From a virus: a stretch of DNA of 64,000 bases. Where the stretch lies: IMG/VR virus record IMGVR_UViG_3300038312_000168, positions 5,365-69,364 of that record. The stretch is one strand, 5' to 3'. Of this stretch, positions 1 to 8,227 are shown in pieces. A program made the translations under genes and the position numbers. The notes below the pieces were generated by a model that had not been told where the DNA came from, did not search any database, and saw only the letters and a list, made by a program, of their open reading frames with translations. Positions within the stretch are counted from its first letter, which is position 1. Each line of letters starts with the position of its first letter.

Positions 1-2
1 GC

Positions 3-146
3 GAAAACAGAGATGTAGAAAGGTTTTTGTCGAAATGCACGATTAGAATACCCTGCAATCATTGTTATGGTGCTGGCTGTGCTCATTGTAGTGGATTTGG
101 GTATACACGTGAAATCATAGACTCACGTAAGGTTATAGAGGTTTGA
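3..146 (+). CDS. 3' end of a gene cut by the window edge; product has a DnaJ-type double CxxCxGxG zinc finger
   Basis: Frame 3 is open from nt 3 to TGA at 144-146. My translation is ...KCTIRIPCNHCYGAGCAHCSGFGYTREIIDSRKVIEV*. Confidence 0.4.
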   Translation, partial: ENRDVERFLSKCTIRIPCNHCYGAGCAHCSGFGYTREIIDSRKVIEV

Positions 147-148
147 TT

Positions 149-550
149 ATGGATTATGAACTTTTAAACGAGATCAATGATAATGATGCTAAAGAGATGG
201 AAGAGTATAGGATAGAAGAACCAGAAAGGGATAATCCTGTAATAGAGGAAGGATGTATCTTTGATGGCGCGAGGGGTATATACATATTCTATCTTGCTGT
301 GCGTTATGCGATTGAAAATGGGTTTAATCCCTCCGATGAATGGAAAGAACAAGTAAAAAGAGCACAAGAGAAAGGAGAAGATGAAGAGGATTATCTTACT
401 CATAATTATGAATGGATATTTGACGAAATGGAGAACGCCGAAGATTGGTTAAATGCTGAAATAGCAGATGATGAGCATTATTTTGGGACTGTCCTTGATG
501 GAACGGATTGGGGATATTGGGAAGTAGAAGAGGATTGGTTATCTATTTAA
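149..550 (+). CDS. hypothetical acidic protein
   Basis: ATG at 149 preceded by GAGGTTTGATT (track ORF 143..550). Asp/Glu/Trp-rich, no motif recognised. Confidence 0.6.
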   Translation: MDYELLNEINDNDAKEMEEYRIEEPERDNPVIEEGCIFDGARGIYIFYLAVRYAIENGFNPSDEWKEQVKRAQEKGEDEEDYLTHNYEWIFDEMENAEDWLNAEIADDEHYFGTVLDGTDWGYWEVEEDWLSI

Positions 551-623
551 ATATACACCCTTTTTCATTTTAGATGTTGGTTCAATCCAGAAAAGGGTTT
601 TTCCCGAAAGGGAGAGTGATTAC

Positions 624-1016
624 ATGGAAAAATGGGTATTTCTTACTGGAGATGTAAACTGGAAACAGTTTGGCGCTAAATGGTTTAAGATTGATAGTTA
701 TGATAATGATTATTGTTACGTCATTGAGATAATTAATTTTGAGGATGCTACAGGAGAAAAAATCAAGGTTGATGAAGGTGAATACCGTTATGTTGGTATT
801 CTCTATACGGTTCTCTTGGATAATGAAAGTGCTATAAAATCAGCATTATCATCATTTGGTGAAACACTAGAGGATCTTAAGGGATTAACCAAAAAACAAA
901 GGGTAAAACGTATTGCTGAAGCAATTTCTTCTTATGGTTATCCTATGGATAGGGATGAAGAATTGTATTCTAATAATGCTGATACGCTTTTAGCAGAACT
1001 AAAGAATATGAGGTAA
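624..1016 (+). CDS. hypothetical protein
   Basis: ATG preceded by GGGAGAGTGATTAC; lies in a co-directional gene train. Confidence 0.6.
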   Translation: MEKWVFLTGDVNWKQFGAKWFKIDSYDNDYCYVIEIINFEDATGEKIKVDEGEYRYVGILYTVLLDNESAIKSALSSFGETLEDLKGLTKKQRVKRIAEAISSYGYPMDRDEELYSNNADTLLAELKNMR

Positions 1017-1021
1017 GTATA

Positions 1022-1441
1022 ATGGAGTTTTCAGATATTCTTAAAGCGTTATGGCATTCTTCCTATGCAAGTGCATTATCAGAACCGAAAGTGCATGTAT
1101 TTGTAGGGAATAGTAGGCATATCAGTATTTCACCGTTCTATAATGCGAATTGTGATACGGGATTTGAAGACGAAAAGAAAATGTTACAAGGGAAATTGAG
1201 TAAGATTAACCTAAATTTGTTTAAAAACTTTCATCTACTTTGTTTTACGGAATTACTCATTATTCCAAAGTTTAAGGCTGGAAAAGTTATTGTGATTAAT
1301 GAGTATGGTGATTTCGTAAACGAGATTCACGTAAAAAACATACAGACTATTATCAGTTTTAATCCGTTAACGGTTTTCAGGGTTAAAACACGTCAAGACG
1401 TGGAATTAAAGGGTAATAATGTTAGGATGGTGAGGAAATGA
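1022..1441 (+). CDS. hypothetical protein
   Basis: ATG preceded by GAGGTAAGTATA; starts 5 nt after the previous stop. Confidence 0.6.
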   Translation: MEFSDILKALWHSSYASALSEPKVHVFVGNSRHISISPFYNANCDTGFEDEKKMLQGKLSKINLNLFKNFHLLCFTELLIIPKFKAGKVIVINEYGDFVNEIHVKNIQTIISFNPLTVFRVKTRQDVELKGNNVRMVRK

Positions 1442-1665
1442 CCTTTAAAGTTTATATTGTCGCATGGAAAAATGGAAGTAGTCAAATTGGAGTAAAATGC
1501 CTAGGTAAAAACTGGGAAAAACGTTTTGCATCAGAGATTGATGATATTGATCAGGTTTTTGGCACTCAAATACCGCACAGAGTTATCGCTGATACTCCTG
1601 ATGGATATAGGATTATGACTCCTTCAGAGGCGAAGAAAAAGGGATTTGAGTATAGATTTATTTAA
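1438..1665 (+). CDS. hypothetical protein
   Basis: ATGA start/stop overlap with the upstream gene; GTGAGGAA lies upstream. Confidence 0.55.
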   Translation: MTFKVYIVAWKNGSSQIGVKCLGKNWEKRFASEIDDIDQVFGTQIPHRVIADTPDGYRIMTPSEAKKKGFEYRFI

Positions 1666-1736
1666 TTCTCTTTTACTTTTCATAAAGGTTAATGGGATTC
1701 ATTAACCGTGAAGAAGTGCTAAGGAGATGAAGAAGA

Positions 1737-2048
1737 ATGTCGTTTGAATTGACGAATCAAGGATTTATGGCCAAAGTAGGAAATTATGAGATTGAGCATT
1801 ACAGTAGTGGAGTGTTTGAAGATGATGTGAAAGTAAAGCGTAATGGAAAAGAATTGTTTACTATTGCGTTTCCCATCGTCTCACATGATTATAAAATACA
1901 TCCTGTTATGATCATAGGAGATGAACATATCAATTTAGATGTTTTTGAAATGAGCAATTATCCCAACGATGATGGAATAGCTCAGGAAATGTATTACAAC
2001 GAGATTTATGTGTATGTGCTGGAACAAATTATAAAGGAATTAGAATAA
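1737..2048 (+). CDS. hypothetical protein
   Basis: ATG preceded by AAGGAGATGAAGAAGA. Confidence 0.6.
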   Translation: MSFELTNQGFMAKVGNYEIEHYSSGVFEDDVKVKRNGKELFTIAFPIVSHDYKIHPVMIIGDEHINLDVFEMSNYPNDDGIAQEMYYNEIYVYVLEQIIKELE

Positions 2049-2119
2049 CTTTAAAAAACTTTAATCTTTTCGTGTTGTTAAGTAGATGTGGTTAATGGGA
2101 TTATTGGAGATGTGAGATT

Positions 2120-2599
2120 ATGAAGGATTACAGAGAGTTTACAGTATTTGAAAGAGAAACGATTGATGATATTTGTATCGAAATGCACAAACAACGCTTA
2201 TCACGTTGTAAAATATGTGTAAATATGCATAGGTATAACAATGTGGGATTATGGTTTAAATTTGATAATGATCCGTATTATGCATACCCTTTAACCCTTG
2301 AAAAAGCGATAGAATCATTTGTAAAAGAAATACCAATAGAACTATTCGATTTTAATTATGATGATAGTTATCCTGATTATTCCGACGATGATATTTTTAA
2401 GGAGATTGATGAGATTCAGGAATATGAATCTGATATGGTTTTACACAATGTAAAACAGATTCTTTATTACCTGTATATTGGTGATTTGGAAACTATCAAA
2501 ACGGCACTTGATGATATTGATTATTGTTATCAAGCGGGGAAAGATTATAATGATGAATTAGAGACATTGAAAGAAATTGTAAAGGAATATACAAGTTAA
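2120..2599 (+). CDS. hypothetical acidic protein
   Basis: ATG preceded by TTGGAGATGTGAGATT; a hairpin plus T-run follows the stop. Confidence 0.6.
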   Translation: MKDYREFTVFERETIDDICIEMHKQRLSRCKICVNMHRYNNVGLWFKFDNDPYYAYPLTLEKAIESFVKEIPIELFDFNYDDSYPDYSDDDIFKEIDEIQEYESDMVLHNVKQILYYLYIGDLETIKTALDDIDYCYQAGKDYNDELETLKEIVKEYTS

Positions 2600-2604
2600 G
2601 TTTA

Positions 2605-2641
2605 GGTTAAGTCAACTTCGGTTGCCTTAACCACTTTTTTT
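2605..2641 (+). terminator. hairpin plus T7 tract (intrinsic-terminator-like)
   Basis: GGTTAAGtCAAC-TTCG-GTTGcCTTAACC (11 bp, one mismatch, UUCG loop) followed by ACTTTTTTTATT, 6 nt after the stop of 2120..2599. Confidence 0.6.
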
Positions 2642-3137
2642 ATTCAATTTTGGTGTTGCTACGAAAGTGTTGATTAGTGTTACGGGATAATACTTTTCGC
2701 TTTGTGGTTGGATGTGGTTACGTGTGTTGATTTTAGTATCGTGAGTGTTACCAGAGCCACATAGCGTTGATTTGAGACAGTTTAGTATCAGGATGTAGTT
2801 TAGTATAGGGAGAAGGGAGATCGTCGATTAGAAGAAGCATGTTTCTAAGGGTATTTGGTTGATTGAGTTTTGATTTAGGTTTATTTTGGGAATTGTATAA
2901 TTGTAGGGTTGATAATGTTAAATCATTATGGATAGTGGAAGTGCTACTGTGGTGTGGTAGTGGTGATTATGAGACATAGAGTCATTAATACTTTAAGGTT
3001 AATTTGGGTTTGGAATTGATACTAAAGTAGAATAACTATCCTCACCTGTCATTACCCTGAACTCGCTATTCGATTTTCAGCATAATCATTTTTGTTATAT
3101 ATTTCTAACATTGTTCATATTAATCCGATCAATAAAT

Positions 3138-3194
3138 CTATATAGTTCTATAGAATCTATATAGTTCTCTATAGTGCTCTATAGGTCACTATAG
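3138..3194. repeat. phased array of six CTATAG / CTATATAG palindromes
   Basis: Copies start at 3138, 3148, 3157, 3169, 3179 and 3189, so spacing is 9-12 bp and the last three are exactly 10 bp apart. Confidence 0.85.
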
Positions 3195-3819
3195 TTATTG
3201 TTAGGTTATCCCTAACTATCACCATATCACCAAACATACATGATATCTCACGATATGTATGTTGCTTATCTATCATGATCTATCATGGTTCGAGTTGCGG
3301 TAAATGGATATTCCCCGCAATTATGAGGAGATTAGAGTATTCGACAAATAGTCGATAATCCTTTGAGTATATCGAATGGATACCGCATAGATACGCAATG
3401 ACGATACCAACATAGCGTCATTATCGTATCACCCTTCAGACTGCATAGAAAACAGGGCATAATGAGCAGGGATTAGAACGCTATACAATGAGGGATTGAT
3501 GATAGACACAAGCAAAAATGAGATCAAGTTAATTCAGTTTTACTTTTACTCTGTCATACCCATATCACTACCCTATGAGACGTACATAGTGCGTCTACAA
3601 TGCGCGCACTCACCTAGATGATATGCGAGTATCCCTATGCTGATATGTGACAGTATAGGGTTACTGTGTGGCTATGTTGTTACCATCTCATGTATGAGAT
3701 AGACCACCATTATTCACCAATGTTTGTGACCATGTATACCTATGTGCATTGATGAACATATGTGAGCATTGATGTATTGATTCGTACATCTACGAAAAGT
3801 AGAGACCGGGGGTGCGGTT

Positions 3820-3855
3820 AGACACCTTCGGTTAAGTGTCTCAAAAATTTTTTAT
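3820..3855 (+). terminator. hairpin plus A5T6 tract at the right edge of the ORF-free region
   Basis: AGACAC-cttcggttaa-GTGTCT followed by CAAAAATTTTTTAT. The loop shares CTTCGGTT with the 2605 hairpin. Direction of action is uncertain. Confidence 0.3.
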
Positions 3856-3955
3856 AAAAAAATAACTAAATCTGGGTAAAAACCCCTAAATAAACCTATT
3901 TCTCAAAAAAGAGTTAAAACCCATTACTTCTCTATTCTTCAAAATTGCAACACTA

Positions 3956-4090
3956 TCAACAATACTCATAACGCTCTGCACATTCTGGATTTGAACACCG
4001 ATACATCTTCATAATATAAACTTCTGTACCAATTTTAAACCCTTTCTTACCACAATAAACAATCAATGAACCACAACGTGAGCAATACAC
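3956..4090 (-). CDS. possible small Zn-ribbon protein (44 aa, GTG start)
   Basis: My translation is (V/M)YCSRCGSLIVYCGKKGFKIGTEVYIMKMYRCSNPECAERYEYC*, with CxxC...CxxxxC. GGTGGTG lies about 14 nt upstream. It is below the track cutoff. Confidence 0.3.
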   Translation of the reverse strand: MYCSRCGSLIVYCGKKGFKIGTEVYIMKMYRCSNPECAERYEYC

Positions 4091-4123
4091 TTTCTTAATT
4101 GTAACACCACCTGATTATCATTT

Positions 4124-4531
4124 TTAATCCTTTTTTCTTTCATATACCTCATTGTAACACTTCTCTGCATCATATATGCACTTTACAATAACCTCTTCAC
4201 TTACTTTAGTATACAACATAACTGACAATAACGAAATCAAACCAGGAATAGTAGCAACATACTCATCTTTATCTGCATGATACGCTAAAATGCCCGATTC
4301 TGCAAGATCTTGTAATTGTACCCTGAATGGTAGAGTATCATTAAAAAAAACACCACATAACAACGTAGTAAAGGCATTATTTCCACGATTGGTAAGAATA
4401 TACTCATCATTATCAGTTTTGGTCATAAACCCATAATCAACAAAGGTGGGAAACATGGCAATTACTTGTTTGGTAAGATGCTCATCTTGGTTTCCTAACT
4501 TCACATTCAAAAAATCAATAAACGAAATCAT
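4124..4531 (-). CDS. putative tandem winged-helix DNA-binding protein (paralog family)
   Basis: ATG at 4531 preceded by GGAGAG. Two ...(D/N)(D/G)(E/K)Y(I/M)xT(N/E)(R/K)G... units. Paralog of 4573..4941. Confidence 0.4.
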   Translation of the reverse strand: MISFIDFLNVKLGNQDEHLTKQVIAMFPTFVDYGFMTKTDNDEYILTNRGNNAFTTLLCGVFFNDTLPFRVQLQDLAESGILAYHADKDEYVATIPGLISLLSVMLYTKVSEEVIVKCIYDAEKCYNEVYERKKD

Positions 4532-4572
4532 AATCTTACTCTCCAGTAACACGAATCAACATAATCGTAACA

Positions 4573-4941
4573 CTACACCCAATACTCTTTTATAATCCCT
4601 ATAATATCCTCATTTGTTATTTCATATTGAATCAAATAGGACAATGTAGCATAGATACCTTTATTGGTAATCATATATTCATCTTTATCTCTAAACCGAA
4701 GCAATTCACATGATTCAAGCACAGAACCTTGATCAACACCAACACAGTCCTTTATTATAAGTCTATGCATCAAATAGAAAAATGCCTCACCGCCCTTTTC
4801 TGTAAACATATATTTTCCATCGTTAGCCTTAATCATGATTCTATGTTCAGCAAGGGTAGGAAGTAAACTGTTAACTTTACTATGAAATTCATGTTTATCA
4901 TCCTCAAACTCCGTTTCAATAAACGTCTTAAATGTTACCAT
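4573..4941 (-). CDS. putative tandem winged-helix DNA-binding protein (paralog family)
   Basis: Shares PT(F/L)..., NDGKYMFTEKG and DKDEYMITNKG strings with 4124..4531. Confidence 0.4.
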   Translation of the reverse strand: MVTFKTFIETEFEDDKHEFHSKVNSLLPTLAEHRIMIKANDGKYMFTEKGGEAFFYLMHRLIIKDCVGVDQGSVLESCELLRFRDKDEYMITNKGIYATLSYLIQYEITNEDIIGIIKEYWV

Positions 4942-5074
4942 AACTAATACTTGTAACCCCAATCTATAAAAAGATTACTATTTGCATCTCTTTATAAAAT
5001 TTTTTCCAAAAAAATTACAAAACATGGGTAAAAACCCATAAATTAAGCAATTAACCCAAAAAAAGAAGTAAAAA

Positions 5075-5485
5075 TTACTTACTCCACCATTCTACACAAT
5101 ATTTCCCATCTCTTCTTTCCCACATCGACGGATCAAATCTAACCTCACATTTATAATCTTCAGCAAGTCTACAAACCTTATCAAAAACTTCATCAGGTGT
5201 AATTTCTCTACCAATCATAGACTGATAAAGAGTATCATAATACACCTTATTTTCATTTTTATCAACAAATTCCTGTTTCACTTTCGCAAACCAAACACAA
5301 TGTTCAGTTAGGTCAAAGTCAGCAGTAGCGTAACAATTAACGGAGCGAATATCCTTGAAACACTTTGATAACTGTTCAACGTTCTCAACATACTTATTTA
5401 AATCGTTAATTACGTGTTTAACATCATAATTTAATGATCCAAGCCCAAATAAAACATCTTTATGCAAAATAATCACCATAACCAT
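5075..5485 (-). CDS. hypothetical protein
   Basis: ATG start; lies in the - strand gene train. Confidence 0.55.
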   Translation of the reverse strand: MVMVIILHKDVLFGLGSLNYDVKHVINDLNKYVENVEQLSKCFKDIRSVNCYATADFDLTEHCVWFAKVKQEFVDKNENKVYYDTLYQSMIGREITPDEVFDKVCRLAEDYKCEVRFDPSMWERRDGKYCVEWWSK

Positions 5486-5589
5486 TCTACAAACAAAAAC
5501 AACAATGCAACCATTCCATATGATATAAACACCAAAATTGCTGTTTTAATAAACAAACTACTATGATACTTAATCCATTCCCAATCCAT
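5473..5589 (-). CDS. possible 38-aa membrane peptide
   Basis: My translation is MDWEWIKYHSSLFIKTAILVFISYGMVALLFLFVEWLW*. It fills the gap between neighbouring genes. Confidence 0.3.
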   Translation of the reverse strand: MDWEWIKYHSSLFIKTAILVFISYGMVALLFLFVEWLW

Positions 5590-5605
5590 TCTCACTCACT
5601 ATTTC

Positions 5606-5866
5606 CTACCCCAATCTAACAACATAAAGAACTACAGAATCATATGCATTATTCATTTCAGTGGCAGAAACCACATGATAACATACATCTTCTACTTTAA
5701 ACACCGTTGGTAAATCTTTCTCAATTAATTCTTCTCTAAGTTTTCCCTGAATCCAAAGTGTTTCACCAATTCTAGGAACATACGACATTGCGGTGTAAGG
5801 TGTAATACATATCTCTTCCTCTTCGGTAAGATATATAATCTCAATGCGTTTAAATTTCCAATCCAT
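5606..5866 (-). CDS. hypothetical protein
   Basis: ATG preceded by GAGGAATAAAA. Confidence 0.6.
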   Translation of the reverse strand: MDWKFKRIEIIYLTEEEEICITPYTAMSYVPRIGETLWIQGKLREELIEKDLPTVFKVEDVCYHVVSATEMNNAYDSVVLYVVRLG

Positions 5867-5909
5867 TTTTATTCCTCAGTAACACTTTCCTGCACAAACG
5901 TAACACTAA

Positions 5910-6134
5910 TCAGAAGCACCACTTTAATCCATCATAAATCAACAGAATCCCAATCCAAAACGCAATCATTAACCCAAATACTATTAATCCTACAAGGATA
6001 CCAAATCCAATACTTGTAATCCATGTAATACCTGTCAATAATCCCACGATAAGTAACATAAAAGAACAAAAGAAAATCCACAACCATCCAAGAAATACAC
6101 TTAACAAATCAATATTATCTATGTCAAAACGCAT
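5910..6134 (-). CDS. small integral membrane protein
   Basis: Nearly all hydrophobic (2-3 predicted TM segments); the start abuts the upstream stop. Confidence 0.55.
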   Translation of the reverse strand: MRFDIDNIDLLSVFLGWLWIFFCSFMLLIVGLLTGITWITSIGFGILVGLIVFGLMIAFWIGILLIYDGLKWCF

Positions 6135-6422
6135 TTATTCCCATCCCATAAGTTTTCTATAATCCTTTTTCAATCTAATAAATTGATGCTTTAATAAACA
6201 ATACTCACTTTCCAAATCTTTATATTTACGAATCAACTTTTTATAATCTGTGTCAATTTCCTCAATCACTTTTAAAGCATCGTCAAGTTCTTTTTCCATA
6301 ATCAAAACTACACTCTTATAGTAATTTATTCCCATTCCTAACGTGGTATCGGTTCTCTTAAAATATTCTGCTTCGATTTCTTCATCGGAAAATGATGATA
6401 ATAATTGTTTGACCATTTTCAT
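6135..6422 (-). CDS. hypothetical coiled-coil protein
   Basis: Charged heptad-like sequence; ATGA overlap with the upstream gene. Confidence 0.55.
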   Translation of the reverse strand: MKMVKQLLSSFSDEEIEAEYFKRTDTTLGMGINYYKSVVLIMEKELDDALKVIEEIDTDYKKLIRKYKDLESEYCLLKHQFIRLKKDYRKLMGWE

Positions 6423-6616
6423 TCACCAACACCCAATTCCTCTTCTCGCAAAGACAACATCTTATACTCATTAAACTGTAACTCTTCAAACTGTTCTTTC
6501 ATTTGTTTGAATTTCATCATAAGTGTATGATGATATGTCCATCTATCATCTTTATAACATTCAAAGAATAGTTTGGTGTTGATAACATTACCATCGTTAC
6601 CAATTACGCATGACAT
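6419..6616 (-). CDS. hypothetical protein
   Basis: ATG start; lies in the gene train. Confidence 0.5.
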   Translation of the reverse strand: MSCVIGNDGNVINTKLFFECYKDDRWTYHHTLMMKFKQMKEQFEELQFNEYKMLSLREEELGVGE

Positions 6617-6747
6617 CTCTTACACCTTACCCCATTATCAATATACTCTACAAAATCAGGACAAGTGTAACAATATTCAGACAATACTAATTTATCAAAG
6701 AACGGACACTTTACACATTGATATTTCTCAAGAATACCATATTCCAT
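6604..6747 (-). CDS. small Zn-ribbon protein (47 aa)
   Basis: My translation is MEYGILEKYQCVKCPFFDKLVLSEYCYTCPDFVEYIDNGVRCKRCHA*, with three CxxC pairs. TAATG junction with the upstream ORF. Confidence 0.4.
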   Translation of the reverse strand: MEYGILEKYQCVKCPFFDKLVLSEYCYTCPDFVEYIDNGVRCKRCHA

Positions 6748-6914
6748 TATTCCACCTTCAAAGCCTTACCAAACAATCCCCATGCGAGAGTATTCACAAT
6801 TACTAACATAGTGGGAACAAACCCATCAACAATACCAAATAAACACACAAGCGAAGTAAATCCTACTATGAAAAGAAATAAACTAAAGTAATTAAGTTGT
6901 AATATGGAAGTCAT
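6747..6914 (-). CDS. small membrane protein (55 aa)
   Basis: My translation is MTSILQLNYFSLFLFIVGFTSLVCLFGIVDGFVPTMLVIVNTLAWGLFGKALKVE*. ATGA overlap upstream. Confidence 0.4.
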   Translation of the reverse strand: MTSILQLNYFSLFLFIVGFTSLVCLFGIVDGFVPTMLVIVNTLAWGLFGKALKVE

Positions 6915-7057
6915 CTCTTATCCTCTAAATGATAAAATCCATTTTCTGCAAGTTCACGAATGCGAGAAATATGTAAGAAACAATTAGTGCCACGGCTACA
7001 ATTTAAAGCCATTTCTTCAAGCATACATAAATCTCTTACAAGTATTTTCTGGTTCAT
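6911..7057 (-). CDS. hypothetical 48-aa protein
   Basis: ATG preceded by AGGTGAAGTGTA. My translation is MNQKILVRDLCMLEEMALNCSRGTNCFLHISRIRELAENGFYHLEDKR*. Confidence 0.4.
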   Translation of the reverse strand: MNQKILVRDLCMLEEMALNCSRGTNCFLHISRIRELAENGFYHLEDKR

Positions 7058-7067
7058 TACACTTCAC

Positions 7068-7424
7068 CTAATCCGTAACAATAAGAATCGTTGCAGGGCC
7101 TACTTCCGATTTAGTTCCACAACCATGATATTCAGAATAAATAAGATGTAACAAATATCTGTCCTCAACACCAACTACGAATGTTTCAACACCCATACGC
7201 TTCTTCAATTCTTCAACTAAATCTTTTGTTGGTATTCCACCAATTTCTTCTTTAATTCTAAATGTTTCAGCAATCTTTAATAGACAATCGATTTCATCGG
7301 TAACAAGACAATCAATCTCATCAAACAATTTATTCATCTTTTCTTTATGTGTCATTCTCTTCTTACAGTCTACATTAATCTCAACATCGTAATACAGTTT
7401 ACCGATTGATTTACCATTTTCCAT
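7068..7424 (-). CDS. hypothetical protein
   Basis: ATG at 7424 preceded by GGAGTGATTAAA; contains an internal DEIDCL duplication. Confidence 0.55.
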   Translation of the reverse strand: MENGKSIGKLYYDVEINVDCKKRMTHKEKMNKLFDEIDCLVTDEIDCLLKIAETFRIKEEIGGIPTKDLVEELKKRMGVETFVVGVEDRYLLHLIYSEYHGCGTKSEVGPATILIVTD

Positions 7425-7436
7425 TTTAATCACTCC

Positions 7437-7952
7437 TTACAGATTCCACAAATTCACATGCCCCACAATTTCTGCATTTTCAAATATAATATCATTTCTA
7501 TAATTGGTATAATATGTTACTTTACAAGATTTATCATACCATCGAATATATACGTTTTCGTTTGATACAATTTCTATTAAACCTCTCATTTCATCACGCT
7601 CAATTACATCACCAACGCATAAATCCTTCACGTAGACTTTCCTACACGGTTTGATTACAAGAGTCTCCCAATTAATAGGACCATTAAATGTCATTCTATA
7701 TTTCCCTACATAACACGCAATAATAGGATGAAAAACACCACAGTTATGTGTTTCATCGTGATGATAGTCAACACCCACACTGTCAAGTTCATTATCAAGC
7801 AATTTACCATCACTCTTTAATGAAATAATAACTTCTTCAATCATAGTTTCTAATGAACCTTCGATTGTAATACTATTATCATAGACATATGATAATTTTT
7901 TAATAATCGCTTCTAATTCTTGATTTGTAAAGTAAATATATTCCGATTTCAT
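7437..7952 (-). CDS. hypothetical protein
   Basis: ATG preceded by GAGGTGTAAAAA. Confidence 0.6.
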   Translation of the reverse strand: MKSEYIYFTNQELEAIIKKLSYVYDNSITIEGSLETMIEEVIISLKSDGKLLDNELDSVGVDYHHDETHNCGVFHPIIACYVGKYRMTFNGPINWETLVIKPCRKVYVKDLCVGDVIERDEMRGLIEIVSNENVYIRWYDKSCKVTYYTNYRNDIIFENAEIVGHVNLWNL

Positions 7953-7962
7953 TTTTTACACC

Positions 7963-8226
7963 TCACGAATACCATGTTCCTTCATTTACACCATTGTAAA
8001 ACTTCATATGATACTGAAATTCCCACATATCAATGTCAGAATCACCACAGCGAATTTCCTTTGACAATTCATGGAATACTTCATTGAGATCAGAATCATT
8101 GTCTGTAGAAAATACACTTAGTTTTCTACCAGAATTTAATGTGATAACAATTTCATTCTGGAATATTTCTACCAGAGAAATGTTTTCAATGCAAATCAGT
8201 TTCCTGTCAGTATATAGGTAGCGCAT
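7963..8226 (-). CDS. hypothetical protein
   Basis: The second ATG (8226) has GGAGG about 10 nt upstream and avoids overlap with the upstream gene. Confidence 0.5.
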   Translation of the reverse strand: MRYLYTDRKLICIENISLVEIFQNEIVITLNSGRKLSVFSTDNDSDLNEVFHELSKEIRCGDSDIDMWEFQYHMKFYNGVNEGTWYS

Positions 8227-8227
8227 G

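Larger units (their letters stand above)
2642..3955. other. ORF-free, repeat- and hairpin-dense region of about 1.3 kb (origin, packaging site or ncRNA candidate)
   Basis: The six-frame track shows no ORF between 2599 and 4124 on either strand, although the rest of the window is almost fully coding. Confidence 0.7.

Noticed and set aside
3179-3194. A T7-like promoter resemblance of gtCACTATAGtt at the end of the CTATAG array.
   Set aside because: Only the 8-nt CACTATAG core matches, the upstream TAATACGA part is missing, and no single-subunit RNA polymerase gene is present in the window. This is probably coincidence arising from the palindrome array.
6573-7151. + strand track ORFs 6573..6806 and 6960..7151 in the - strand small-gene block.
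   Set aside because: The same interval is tiled without gaps by three - strand mini-ORFs that have SD sequences, coupled start/stop overlaps and sensible products (a Zn ribbon, a membrane peptide). The + strand ORFs have odd composition and break the operon logic.
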